DNA of 54,615 bases from an uncultured virus (IMG/VR IMGVR_UViG_3300005662_008418) (Duplodnaviria > Heunggongvirae > Uroviricota > Caudoviricetes), in the IMG/VR virus record IMGVR_UViG_3300005662_008418. One strand, given 5' to 3'. Of this stretch, positions 27,058 through 37,690 are shown piece after piece. Under the pieces are notes generated by a model, which worked only from the letters and a program-made list of their open reading frames with translations, had not been told where the DNA came from and searched no databases. The position numbers and the translations under genes are program-made. How positions within the stretch are numbered: the first letter of the stretch is position 1; each line of letters begins with the position of its first letter.

Positions 27058-30000
27058 TATCCATAGTACTCCGAATTACCGTAAGCTCTAGCTGCTGAGC
27101 TCTCATCTATAGGGGGAATCAAAGCGCTACTATTACCTTGCAAAGTAATAGATGTTTTGTTTGGTATCTGACCCTTTAGTTCCTGCATCTGTCTTAAAAA
27201 GTCTACATACTCGTTATATATACCAAGCAATGGTATATTCACGCGAAGAAGAGCAAGTCCATCTTTCCTAAGTATTCCGTCCGATCTCTTAAATGGTATA
27301 TATCCATAAAATATATTCTTTTCCGTAGCATGCTGAATGAGATCAATGTCCAATATTTCTGATCCTCGATATATAAGCGTAGAAACTACTGGACTTCTAC
27401 CAAGTGTCCTTTTCTTGAAGAACGACAATGACGCAAGCCTTACGATCTTATCAATCAAGTTAAAATTGTCAAAATTTACTTCAAAATACACTTTTGATAC
27501 TTCCAGTCTTTCGTCAACATATATACTTCTCAAATCGTCTTCTGCAATTTGTGGATTATCTTCCTTAAAAGCAAATGGACTTACAACGGGATACTGCTCA
27601 TATTGAGCCAGTGGAATTTTAACTATTTCTGGAATCGAACTTCCAGGTACTGGAATTGATGATTGGGCATAATAGGAAATACTGTAACTTGGCATACTTG
27701 GCTGACATATAATTTGAGTACAAAATTCCAATGTCTTGCCAAAGAATGTCAGAACTTCAACGCACACTGTTTTTAATCCAGAACCAGAAGATAGCAGCCA
27801 AGGCATAGATATTCTGTCTCTAGAAACGAATCTTGCTCTAAATACATCTTGAAATTCCCTATAGTCAGACTCGTCAGAAACATTTAGAGGCAATACTGGC
27901 ACATCGCCACCAACAGGAATCCATGGTGAAAATTCTGCATCATCATCATTTCTCACCCTAACTGCATAAGTTCCAGGCACACCTATTATGTCTAAATTTA
28001 TGAACGATGAAATAACTACAGGATATGGATCTCCACTCTGATTGGGGGAAAATGAGAATACATCTTCCGAATCTACTCTTACTTTCATGTACGAAACAGG
28101 GACATCGCCTGTAGCAAATCTTTCTCCAACTGAATCGTTAAATGCGCAAGGTCTTAAATCCTCTACGCTATCAAGCATCTCTGGCACTCTCTGATATCCA
28201 ACGCTTCCGTCAGAGCGCCCTATGGCAGATCCTTCTGAATTCTGGTTTAAAGCAAAAACGGAGAAATTACTAAGTTCATCTGTTAGCAACTTTGGGATTC
28301 TATATTTTACTATATTTTCTGCGTTCAATCCGAATCCTAGATTAATCAAACGATCTTTACCGCCTTGAGCCGAAGCATCAAATCTATTTTCATTTGCGTC
28401 CCATACTGAAAGATATATATCTGGACAAGAAGGAATTCTACCGCTAGAATCAGGATCTGCATATCTTTCAAAACCTATATAAAAAGTTTCCCTAGCAGCA
28501 ACTACATCAACTGCGCCAGATGTATTAGCTTCGCTTATTACAGTATCAAACTTTCCGGAACCACTAGATTTCCACTCGCTTATTTTTGCCTTATAGTCTG
28601 GAGGTCTGTTGCATATTAACTGCTGCTCGTGTATTCCGTCTTCATAAAGTACAACTTCCAAAGCTCCATTCATGGTAGTGAGTATGGCATCTATTCTGAT
28701 CCTATAAATTATATTATAGAACATATTTTCCCTGACGATATCGTAATATGGAGCGGTTCCTAATACTGTTCTCTTAATAGAATCTGATGAATCAAATGAG
28801 GATATTGCAGAAGATGGATCTACGAAATCTGGATAAAATCCTATGGCTATAGAATCATTCTTATAAACTAATGAGCCACTTGATGGGAATTGTTCATCTC
28901 CATGCCTCCACATGTGAGGATGAGTGACAGATGTAAATATAGCAACCACATCGTCCACATCTGAACTTGAATATACTATCGCCCTAAACTGTACATGACC
29001 ATAAGCAGATGAAACTGGACCTATATCATTATTGAATTTAAACTGAACACCGCAAGAATCGGTACGAATTTTGTCGCATCCGAAAACTCCAGTCTTTTCA
29101 TCCTGAACTGCATCAGTTTCAATAGTCAATATTCTTATTTGCTGAACTGCTAAACTTCTCGCTCCTGGATCTTTTGCCACAAAATTTACCTGTATGGTAG
29201 ATCCATCTGGACTGATTACTATCTTTGAACCTGCATTGAATACCATATCCCTGTCCGCAGTTGGCGGGTAAAATGCATTTCCAACAGCTATGCCGTCAGT
29301 TGATTCTAGATCAGATCCTTTGAATATAATGCCACATATCGGACTGGTGAATGTGACTTTCCCAGTATATTGAACTCCATTTTCATAATCAGTTAAATCA
29401 TTAACTATGTGCATTAAATGAGACATAGTTCTGATTTGCGATTTTACTCCAGGAAGTTTTTTATAGTTAGATGGTAAGAATATGCCAGAATCACGACTCG
29501 GAGCATTAGCATAAGCATTAAAACTGGCCTGATCATAAGACGATACATCAAAATTATATCTTTGAACTCCCTCGAAAATTACATAGAATTCTCCAGTGCT
29601 TTCTGGTGGTGGATATGTAGCAAAATCATCCGCCGTTCCATCTACGATACTTCCAGTACTTTTAAGTATGAGATAATCGCTAAGTATATCTGATTGTCCA
29701 AAATCAATAGCAAAACTTTTTGCCTTAAACTTATACCATAGTGGCTGACCAAGAAGCAAGGGATTATTAGGAACAAAAAATTTCACTTGATATGACTGGG
29801 ATGGAGATACGGAAACTCCTTCAGAAAGAATATGTTCTCCGTCCATGCAGAAATTATCAGGCGTATCTAGAGAGGTGTATATTACAATTCTATTCTGCAT
29901 TGAAGAATCTGAATAAAATTCAACCTCAAAGTATATATCAGAAGCAGTATTGGAAAAATAGAAGTTTTCGATTATTTCGCATTCTTGCAAACCAGATATA

Positions 30001-33000
30001 TAATATGGATCTGTATTATTAATCCGATTCACTGCAAGTGTGCATGCATCGACGAAACATGAATCTGGTTTAGTATCTTCAAAATCCACCGATGTAGCAC
30101 ATACTATTGCTTGCTTAGAATTTCTCTTTTCAGCCCAAGCAACTAATTTTCTTCCCTTATCATCAACTGCTATAGAAGGGCTGCTCCTATCCTTTGCTCC
30201 GCTCGTAAGTTTGATGTTATCGGTAAATCTGTATAATTCTGGATAAGAAGAAGAATAGCATATAGAATTTTCTTTGTCTCTCGTACTTTCAAATGATATG
30301 TGAACTCTTCCGTTTCTTTCACATAATGAAAAATTACGATTTAGCCCTTCTCCAGAAACAGTTATTGGTATAGAACTTGCACCCTTACCTGCATATATAC
30401 CCCGAGTGAGGTTCCATTCGTTTTCATCTGCAAAATTTAGTTGTGCCCATCTTGGTGGTGATTCGTTTTCATCGAATAAAGAGAAGACTGGAGCAGCTGA
30501 AGCATAATCCAATACTGGACCACCTTTATGAATGCAGAATTCACTACCGTAATATGATAAGAATTTTGGTGCACCAGAAGAATATGGAATGGATCCTGAT
30601 CCAAACCCAAAAAACCCACCGTCTATGCTAGTAAGGCAAGCACCTTGAGCGCCACAGTATACTGAAACATAATCATTGTCTGGTAGAGATATAAATTCAT
30701 TTAACAACAGTAAATTATCTAATGAATTTGTATCATCTGAGTCATTGACATTCAGGGTAGAATCATCTCCCCATGTAATGACCTGACCATCCACGGTTAC
30801 TCCAACTCCATATCTTCCGATATCTCCAGAATGAGCTACGGATGGATCGTGCGTATTGAGGGCATCTGTGCCTCCAGCAACAGCCCCTCCAGAGCCAGCA
30901 GCTGTCTGCACATCTGATGGATATATCCTCTTTATTGGTCCACCACCAACATGTACATCTCTAAAAGTCCCCATAGGAACATCCCATGGGCCGCTTACTG
31001 GATCTTGCCCCCAGCAATAAGCCTGACCGTTACGATCTATTGCAGAACTACAATCCCATCCACAACGAACTTTAACGAACACCCCAGATGGAGCATCGCA
31101 TTGATTAACAGAATTATCTCCCCAGCAAACTATAACTCCATCTGACCGAAGAGCAGCCGCAAAATGAGCGCCACAGTCTACAGATACGTACACACCGCTA
31201 GGAATACCGCTAACCACCCCATCAGTATCATCGCCCCACGCAGCCAAAGATCCATCTCTTCTCAAAGCCACAGCGAAATTAAGACCAGCAGCTACATCAA
31301 CGAAATCATATCCAGTTGGCGGATCTTCAATAGCCACCGCAAGATGTTCACCAAATTGACCAACAGATCCATCTTTTTTCAGGTAGACACCAAATGCCCC
31401 TATCCCAGTATTGTCTGCAGATTGAGATCCCTTACTGGAAACTTTAACAACTCCAGTTGCAATATTGGAAGCAACTTGGATGCTGGATGGATTTAATCCC
31501 CAGCCATTCAAGCTACTTGGCAGCCTAATGCCCATCAGAACTTCGGAAGGTGTAATGATATAAAATGTAGATGTAAAATCTGAATTGTAATCAATAGGCG
31601 AATTACCAGAATAATTGGAATGAGAAAAGCACATCAACTTGTGTAGATCGGTGTCCAAATTATGGATATTAAAATCCATACTACTACCAGTGCCCTCGAA
31701 TTCAAATCTAATCTTTTTAAAATCTGGCTTACTACCTTCGGTAAATTCGCCGTGCCTACTTGCAATTCTGAAAGAATCAGCTTGATCATCAGCGGAAATC
31801 ATGATAGTGCGAAATCGCGAAACATCTGTAGCTGGATATCTTCTCATACCTACAGATAAATCGAATACTGATGACCTTGCTGGAAGAACACTAGATATAG
31901 CAAGACCTCCTCCAACACCAGTTGAGGATCTTGATCTTCTAGCCTTTGTAAATGTAAAATTTTGATATGTTAAAGACGGAGGAGTAAGCGAAAAGCTGCT
32001 TGATATGTTTGATTCTAGTATGGTGCTTCTTACTCCATTAGATGGAACTAGATAGGAGCCAGAATAACAGCATCCACCACCCAATACTGTCCAAGAATCT
32101 AGGTATTGATTACCATGCTCAAGATGTACAAAATCACCGGGATCTGCAAATGAATTTTCAAAAGAACCATTTTGTATATATTTAGTAGTGGTAGGAGATT
32201 GCACGAACATGGAATTGATATTCATATCAAAGTTGCTGATACGAATCTCATCAGTAAATCTAACTAATGGATTTCCTACATATATATTGTCAAATTCGAC
32301 TTGATAGCGCCTTCCTGATCTCATTGAAACCGGAGACTGGACATTAAACTCATGAATCGGATGCTCTCCAAAAGGATTTCCAAAACATAAATCTATTTGC
32401 CTGCGCATGCTAGGATCATCGTGAATTATATTTGCAGACACATTGGGTTTTCCATTTACTGCACACAGAATAACAGAAGAAAACTTACCATATCCTATAT
32501 AAGACTCATCTATATTAGGCGCAAGCCTATCTCGATGTTTTGCCATTTCTGCATATTCAATAGGTAATTTAGATGTAAATGATGAAGCCGTAAGCCTAAA
32601 GCCGCCATCAATGACAAATGGATCACCTTCAGATATTATCCTTTTTGCGTATCCGATAGAACCGTCAAGAGCCTTGCTGGGGTTAGGATCACACACCAAA
32701 GCTAATTTCGCTTTTCCACTAAAAACCTCAAAAACTGTAGCCTCTATGTAAGATTCAATCCCATTCGGATCACCAAAAACTCTCAATCCATATTCACTAG
32801 GAGACTCGCTATTCGTCAGTAGCGCAGTTTCCTTCTCAAGCATCAATACAATTGACCACTTATTTAAGTTAGATCTTTTGCCGCCCAGTCTGAATGGCTC
32901 TGACTGAGAATAAATGTCCGGAGCAGCAGTGCTTAATATGTCGGTCACATTAAGAACATCTTCATCGCTATCAAAAAATGAAAGTTGACCAGTTTGATCG

Positions 33001-36000
33001 ACATCAACAGGAATGTCCGCATTCGGATTTACTGTAAGATCATCGTATCTACATGCAGATAATAAAGGGACACAGGCATCGTACTTTTTACCGGACAACG
33101 CCAATTGCATCTTGTTATTTTCAGTTATATAGTAATTGCCGCTTTTAGTATACGAACTTAATTTACTATTTATCTCTTTTTGTATGTCATTGTCGGTTTT
33201 AAGATTAAGAATGCCGTTCTGGTCATTTTGCAGATATACTCTGAATCCAAACTGAACAGATCCAGTTGATGGTCTAGTCACCTTAAAAGTTAGCGTTTTT
33301 CTATCTTGACTCAATACAAAGGAAAGCTGACCATTTGTATTTGCATACGCTTCTTGTGCAGCACGCCTGGAATTCATTTGCGCAAGGGTAAAAGGAGATT
33401 GAATAACTGCGTATTCAGCATCGCTAATACTTATTAAGTCAGCTCTTATATCCATAAAAGCGATAGGAACATTGAATTCTATAAACCCAACTCTGTCTAC
33501 AAATGCAGCATTAGAATTAATATTTATATCAAAAAGTAAAACTGCACAAAAATCTCCCGACCTGACACCGGGCATCGATGGGGCAGAAGCATTAAACAGT
33601 GGAGTGTTGTCTGTCCTGCGATAGTTCTGTGGATATAAATTCGTCCTACTACTCTTGGCTTTTCCAATGTATTCTACTGCATATCGCCAAGATTGAGGCG
33701 ATGTAGAAGAATTACTGATAGTTGAAGATAGACTAGCAGGCTCGATTTCAGTTAATCCAGTAAGAGTTGTATTGTCAATAATAGTTGATTCGCTTTGGAA
33801 AAAAGTTATATCATCTACATTGACAACACAATCAACTCCATAGTTAATCTGATCAAACATCCCATCAAAATAAACACCATCTTCATCTTTGTAAACTCTT
33901 GTAACTGCAGAACATTCGGATCCGTCTGGAGTAAATTGCAGAACTGCTTTTTCAGCAGAAGGCACGGACACTAGCGCATCTCCAGATATTATTCGAGTCC
34001 AGTTGTCGGGAGTTTTTGACACATAAGCATCTGGTTCTATGAGAAACCTGATTCTACATAATCCGCTTCCAGTAGCGTTAAGATTCACATTAACCGATCT
34101 GAGATTTGCTCCAACACTTACGGTATAAGAAGAAACTCTAGCTGTAGATCCAGCAAGAGGAAAAATACCAGTATTAGCTGATGAGCTTCCCAATACCCCA
34201 GATACGCCCAATATCGTATCAAGCCTTTCCAGATCGGCACTAGAAGCAAATATCTTTGATATTCTTCCGTTAAAATTTATGCTTACACTATACGATTGCG
34301 CAGCTGATGCATCAAATTGCAGAAGCACGCTAGCGAGATTTTTTCCTGTAGCGAATGAAGAAGGAGTCGCTGGGTATAGACCAGCAGTACCAGATTCGAA
34401 TGTAGATGCGAATGTTGTAGAATTTGATGCAGCAACCGAGGCACGTAATGACTCGTACACCAATATGACCTGCTGACTTGCGAATGCTCCCTTAGATAGA
34501 GTTATCAACTGATCTCTATCTATAACCGTAGCACCGCTTGCGCTTAAAATTGGATTATATGCATCTATATTTATGGATGAAAAGTATTTAGACCACTCAC
34601 TTGATCTGCTCATCTTATTCCATAAACTGGAAATATGAGAATGAACACGCGGCGTGGTATTGGGGCCTATATAGCAAGCATGCAGTTGGGTTTCTTGAGA
34701 TACTGGAGTCTCGCATATGATGCATTCATCTCCAGATATAATATCCTTAGTGATTTTAGGATATTCAAAAGGCTTATCTGTCACTCTTATCCAAGGCTGA
34801 GACACATTTGCGCCATTATGATAATATATATAAGTATTTGCGCCTTCTACGCCGCTGCACACAATTGACCCGTCCTCACTTACATGCGGACTAGATGCTG
34901 GCACAGGAATTCCATTTTCATCGTATATGTATGGAAGCTTATATATTACTGGGTCTACGAATTGTCTAGTACTTTCTTTTAGTATTGCAATATTTATGCA
35001 TGCATAATCCTGATCAACCCTAAATGATCCAAGAGTATTGACTCTAGGACATGCATCTAAAACAACAGAATTTCCAGATATAGAAGCTGAGAATACCACT
35101 CCTCTAAATGGACCGTCTAGCATAAGAACATATTTTGCTTCAGACAGACCAGTAGGAAGAATGTCTGGATGAGTAATCTCTCCTTCTACTATATAGTTTG
35201 AATTAAGTGTCACACGAAGGCAATTCTCAAAACCAGATCCAGTAATACTTCCTGAGCGAATAGAGAATCTCTCATCTGAACCGAAATCTAGCCGAAGAGA
35301 TGATCCACTTCCATTTAGCGATATAGTTATGTTGGCATCTATAATATCTTGGTCGTTTTCCAGATCGCTTTTTAATGATACTAAAGTTGATCTTACATCA
35401 TAAACTACTGGTATGGTTTTAGATATCTGATTACCGTTGCTCAATCTTACAACTACAGATGCCACCTTTCCCACTTCGCTGTTTTGTAAGAAAGCAGAAT
35501 GATAGTAAGATGGAGATTTTTTAACAGCCATCCTAGCTGAGTTTATTACATCCACAGAAACTGCATTTTGGCCGACCGCAAGATATATTCTTGGAATTTT
35601 TGCAAGTACACTTTCAGAAACACTGCATGGATCGAATGCATTTTCTGGGGCAGTAGGACTAGGATCGCATGCCGACCATACCGCAGCCCAATCACCACTG
35701 ACTTCGACTGATCCCTCAGTATCGTTAATTATATTAAAATTATCATTTATGGAAGAAACCGCATACTTGTCACTTATTCTGCATGATGCAGATATAATAT
35801 CCTCCATCTTGGTTGCGTAGGCATTATCGCAATTTTTCCACAACTGAGAATAAGACTCTAAAGCATAAGATTCAGATCCAGTTGTAGTTAAGGCATGAGA
35901 TATAAGTGGTTCAGAAAAACATTTTTGAGGATAACTGCTTGAAGCGATAGAGAATGAAGCAGTAGCAGCAGGATCCATAATGACGCAACTGGGACGATTG

Positions 36001-36629
36001 ACATCGTCTATGGCAGCCAATGCCATCATGGTTTTTGGAACTGCATGGACAGAAGCTGAACCAGATTTGCCATTATTAGTTTTTGCACTTACTGAAAGCT
36101 TAGATATAGTCTTTAAATTAAATACTTCTTTGGGGAAAGCTGTTGTTGCGGGAATGCTTATGGATGCTACTCCAGCAGAATTCGCCTGGGCAACAAATGT
36201 TTTTCCAGAAATATAAAAATCAACCTCGCCATGTGGATCAGTATAAAAACTGCAATTTAACTTTTCTTCCACAGTAATAAATGATGGAAATGCACTTACC
36301 CCTCCACTGTTATTTTCTTCTTGAGGAAGAATATATACATCAGCTGCGACTGCAATTATGTCTAGTTTATTAAATGTTGCAAATACAGGAATGCTTCCAG
36401 ATCCTGGAACTATGGTTAATTCTAATTTTAATTCTTTATTTCCTGAGTCTATCTCTATATTTTTTGCAACTACAGCACTACCATCTTCCTTTATTATAAA
36501 GACTGGGTTATCCACTGGACCCTCAAGGGATAGACTCGATCCAATCTCTGCATTTTCTATAACTACAAAAACATTAGCATTTGAATTGCCTTTTATATCT
36601 ACACGATTAATTTTTATTTTAGGATCCAA
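27057..36629 (-). CDS. Giant multidomain putative structural/adhesion protein (3190 aa) with DUF642-like domain, RCC1-like repeats and repeated beta modules; TTG start
   Basis: IQNGSFEN...DSWTVLGG...SNGVRS (DUF642/choice-of-anchor C-like, about 31660-32180); RCC1/BLIP-II-like repeats FVDVAAGLNFAVALRRDGSLAAWG, YVSVDCGAHFAAALRSDGVIVCWG, FVKVRCGWDCSSAIDRNGQAYCWG (about 30570-31400). The start overlaps the GT gene by 11 nt. Confidence 0.78.
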   Translation of the reverse strand: MDPKIKINRVDIKGNSNANVFVVIENAEIGSSLSLEGPVDNPVFIIKEDGSAVVAKNIEIDSGNKELKLELTIVPGSGSIPVFATFNKLDIIAVAADVYILPQEENNSGGVSAFPSFITVEEKLNCSFYTDPHGEVDFYISGKTFVAQANSAGVASISIPATTAFPKEVFNLKTISKLSVSAKTNNGKSGSASVHAVPKTMMALAAIDDVNRPSCVIMDPAATASFSIASSSYPQKCFSEPLISHALTTTGSESYALESYSQLWKNCDNAYATKMEDIISASCRISDKYAVSSINDNFNIINDTEGSVEVSGDWAAVWSACDPSPTAPENAFDPCSVSESVLAKIPRIYLAVGQNAVSVDVINSARMAVKKSPSYYHSAFLQNSEVGKVASVVVRLSNGNQISKTIPVVYDVRSTLVSLKSDLENDQDIIDANITISLNGSGSSLRLDFGSDERFSIRSGSITGSGFENCLRVTLNSNYIVEGEITHPDILPTGLSEAKYVLMLDGPFRGVVFSASISGNSVVLDACPRVNTLGSFRVDQDYACINIAILKESTRQFVDPVIYKLPYIYDENGIPVPASSPHVSEDGSIVCSGVEGANTYIYYHNGANVSQPWIRVTDKPFEYPKITKDIISGDECIICETPVSQETQLHACYIGPNTTPRVHSHISSLWNKMSRSSEWSKYFSSINIDAYNPILSASGATVIDRDQLITLSKGAFASQQVILVYESLRASVAASNSTTFASTFESGTAGLYPATPSSFATGKNLASVLLQFDASAAQSYSVSINFNGRISKIFASSADLERLDTILGVSGVLGSSSANTGIFPLAGSTARVSSYTVSVGANLRSVNVNLNATGSGLCRIRFLIEPDAYVSKTPDNWTRIISGDALVSVPSAEKAVLQFTPDGSECSAVTRVYKDEDGVYFDGMFDQINYGVDCVVNVDDITFFQSESTIIDNTTLTGLTEIEPASLSSTISNSSTSPQSWRYAVEYIGKAKSSRTNLYPQNYRRTDNTPLFNASAPSMPGVRSGDFCAVLLFDININSNAAFVDRVGFIEFNVPIAFMDIRADLISISDAEYAVIQSPFTLAQMNSRRAAQEAYANTNGQLSFVLSQDRKTLTFKVTRPSTGSVQFGFRVYLQNDQNGILNLKTDNDIQKEINSKLSSYTKSGNYYITENNKMQLALSGKKYDACVPLLSACRYDDLTVNPNADIPVDVDQTGQLSFFDSDEDVLNVTDILSTAAPDIYSQSEPFRLGGKRSNLNKWSIVLMLEKETALLTNSESPSEYGLRVFGDPNGIESYIEATVFEVFSGKAKLALVCDPNPSKALDGSIGYAKRIISEGDPFVIDGGFRLTASSFTSKLPIEYAEMAKHRDRLAPNIDESYIGYGKFSSVILCAVNGKPNVSANIIHDDPSMRRQIDLCFGNPFGEHPIHEFNVQSPVSMRSGRRYQVEFDNIYVGNPLVRFTDEIRISNFDMNINSMFVQSPTTTKYIQNGSFENSFADPGDFVHLEHGNQYLDSWTVLGGGCCYSGSYLVPSNGVRSTILESNISSSFSLTPPSLTYQNFTFTKARRSRSSTGVGGGLAISSVLPARSSVFDLSVGMRRYPATDVSRFRTIMISADDQADSFRIASRHGEFTEGSKPDFKKIRFEFEGTGSSMDFNIHNLDTDLHKLMCFSHSNYSGNSPIDYNSDFTSTFYIITPSEVLMGIRLPSSLNGWGLNPSSIQVASNIATGVVKVSSKGSQSADNTGIGAFGVYLKKDGSVGQFGEHLAVAIEDPPTGYDFVDVAAGLNFAVALRRDGSLAAWGDDTDGVVSGIPSGVYVSVDCGAHFAAALRSDGVIVCWGDNSVNQCDAPSGVFVKVRCGWDCSSAIDRNGQAYCWGQDPVSGPWDVPMGTFRDVHVGGGPIKRIYPSDVQTAAGSGGAVAGGTDALNTHDPSVAHSGDIGRYGVGVTVDGQVITWGDDSTLNVNDSDDTNSLDNLLLLNEFISLPDNDYVSVYCGAQGACLTSIDGGFFGFGSGSIPYSSGAPKFLSYYGSEFCIHKGGPVLDYASAAPVFSLFDENESPPRWAQLNFADENEWNLTRGIYAGKGASSIPITVSGEGLNRNFSLCERNGRVHISFESTRDKENSICYSSSYPELYRFTDNIKLTSGAKDRSSPSIAVDDKGRKLVAWAEKRNSKQAIVCATSVDFEDTKPDSCFVDACTLAVNRINNTDPYYISGLQECEIIENFYFSNTASDIYFEVEFYSDSSMQNRIVIYTSLDTPDNFCMDGEHILSEGVSVSPSQSYQVKFFVPNNPLLLGQPLWYKFKAKSFAIDFGQSDILSDYLILKSTGSIVDGTADDFATYPPPESTGEFYVIFEGVQRYNFDVSSYDQASFNAYANAPSRDSGIFLPSNYKKLPGVKSQIRTMSHLMHIVNDLTDYENGVQYTGKVTFTSPICGIIFKGSDLESTDGIAVGNAFYPPTADRDMVFNAGSKIVISPDGSTIQVNFVAKDPGARSLAVQQIRILTIETDAVQDEKTGVFGCDKIRTDSCGVQFKFNNDIGPVSSAYGHVQFRAIVYSSSDVDDVVAIFTSVTHPHMWRHGDEQFPSSGSLVYKNDSIAIGFYPDFVDPSSAISSFDSSDSIKRTVLGTAPYYDIVRENMFYNIIYRIRIDAILTTMNGALEVVLYEDGIHEQQLICNRPPDYKAKISEWKSSGSGKFDTVISEANTSGAVDVVAARETFYIGFERYADPDSSGRIPSCPDIYLSVWDANENRFDASAQGGKDRLINLGFGLNAENIVKYRIPKLLTDELSNFSVFALNQNSEGSAIGRSDGSVGYQRVPEMLDSVEDLRPCAFNDSVGERFATGDVPVSYMKVRVDSEDVFSFSPNQSGDPYPVVISSFINLDIIGVPGTYAVRVRNDDDAEFSPWIPVGGDVPVLPLNVSDESDYREFQDVFRARFVSRDRISMPWLLSSGSGLKTVCVEVLTFFGKTLEFCTQIICQPSMPSYSISYYAQSSIPVPGSSIPEIVKIPLAQYEQYPVVSPFAFKEDNPQIAEDDLRSIYVDERLEVSKVYFEVNFDNFNLIDKIVRLASLSFFKKRTLGRSPVVSTLIYRGSEILDIDLIQHATEKNIFYGYIPFKRSDGILRKDGLALLRVNIPLLGIYNEYVDFLRQMQELKGQIPNKTSITLQGNSSALIPPIDESSAARAYGNSEYYG

Positions 36630-37686
36630 TTACAGTCTCCATCATTTTTGCACCGATTACATGGTATGAGAAATTGTTTTCTACATGTCTTCTTGCAGAT
36701 GCTATCATATTTTTTTTCTGTGCCTCATCTAACCGTATCATTTTACAAATAGCCTCCGCAACATCCTCGGCTGTTATTATTGCCCACTCCTGATTGCGAA
36801 ATTGAGGGATATTATCCATTACTGAAATACTTTCATACCCCCTTGGGTCTATTCTTATACAATTTTCGTCACTTACATATTCCATACAACCTCCCACAGA
36901 AGAACATATGACAGGAACTCCACAAGACATGGCCTGCATAGGAGATATACAAAATCCCTCCCCTATACTGGCACTTAGCAAGCAATCGCTAGAACATATC
37001 ATGCTTCGCATGTCTAATTCGTCTAGTTCTTCTTTTGCTATTTCAAATTGTAGCATACTTTTATCTTTTATCGCGTCCACGAAAGCCGCAGCCTCCATCT
37101 CCTTGTCGGTCTTAATTATCAATTTAATTTCTCCGACATTTCTAGAAGCAATAATACATCCTTCTATAAGATTTTTCCAATTCTTACGCCTTCTCCATGT
37201 GCCAATGCTAACTATAGTAAATATATTATTTTTAATTTCTTTTCTCATTCCCCATAAATTAATGTCTATAGCATGCGGTATTACCACTGGTCTTCTTGAC
37301 AATCCAGCAGCCCAAAATACATCTGCACAATATTCACTCGGACATATAATATTATGAACTTTTCTATATGCAGATATCCACTCCGAAGGAGGCTTTGTTG
37401 ACTCAAACACTGCTAAAGCAGATATTTTACCGCTATTATTTATATTCCTCCAGCGAGGAGGTATGAGATGCCTAAATTGATACTGGGGATGAGATACTTT
37501 TAGTTCAAATGCTTTTTTCATCCACTCTTTGTCATCATCAGCAAAACTATCCAGCATTAAAAAATTGTGTGCACATTGAATACTTATGCTGGCACCATAT
37601 TGTCTCATAGATTTGGCATAATCTATTGCCGCATGAGAAAAACCAGTATTATTAACAAAACAACAAAATTCAACTATATTATCCAT
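36619..37686 (-). CDS. Glycosyltransferase, GT4 family (GT-B fold, Glycos_transf_1-like)
   Basis: IICPSEY, VIPHAID, SIGTWRRRKNW, LIIKT and SDCLLSASIGEGFCISPMQAMSCGVPVICSSVGG are GT4 motifs; length 355 aa is typical. Confidence 0.92.
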   Translation of the reverse strand: MDNIVEFCCFVNNTGFSHAAIDYAKSMRQYGASISIQCAHNFLMLDSFADDDKEWMKKAFELKVSHPQYQFRHLIPPRWRNINNSGKISALAVFESTKPPSEWISAYRKVHNIICPSEYCADVFWAAGLSRRPVVIPHAIDINLWGMRKEIKNNIFTIVSIGTWRRRKNWKNLIEGCIIASRNVGEIKLIIKTDKEMEAAAFVDAIKDKSMLQFEIAKEELDELDMRSMICSSDCLLSASIGEGFCISPMQAMSCGVPVICSSVGGCMEYVSDENCIRIDPRGYESISVMDNIPQFRNQEWAIITAEDVAEAICKMIRLDEAQKKNMIASARRHVENNFSYHVIGAKMMETVIGS

Positions 37687-37690
37687 TTGA

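Noticed and set aside
4765..30015. Recurring DPY tripeptide in several proteins (e.g. DDPYDPY)
   Set aside because: About six occurrences in the whole operon is too few to distinguish from chance by eye.
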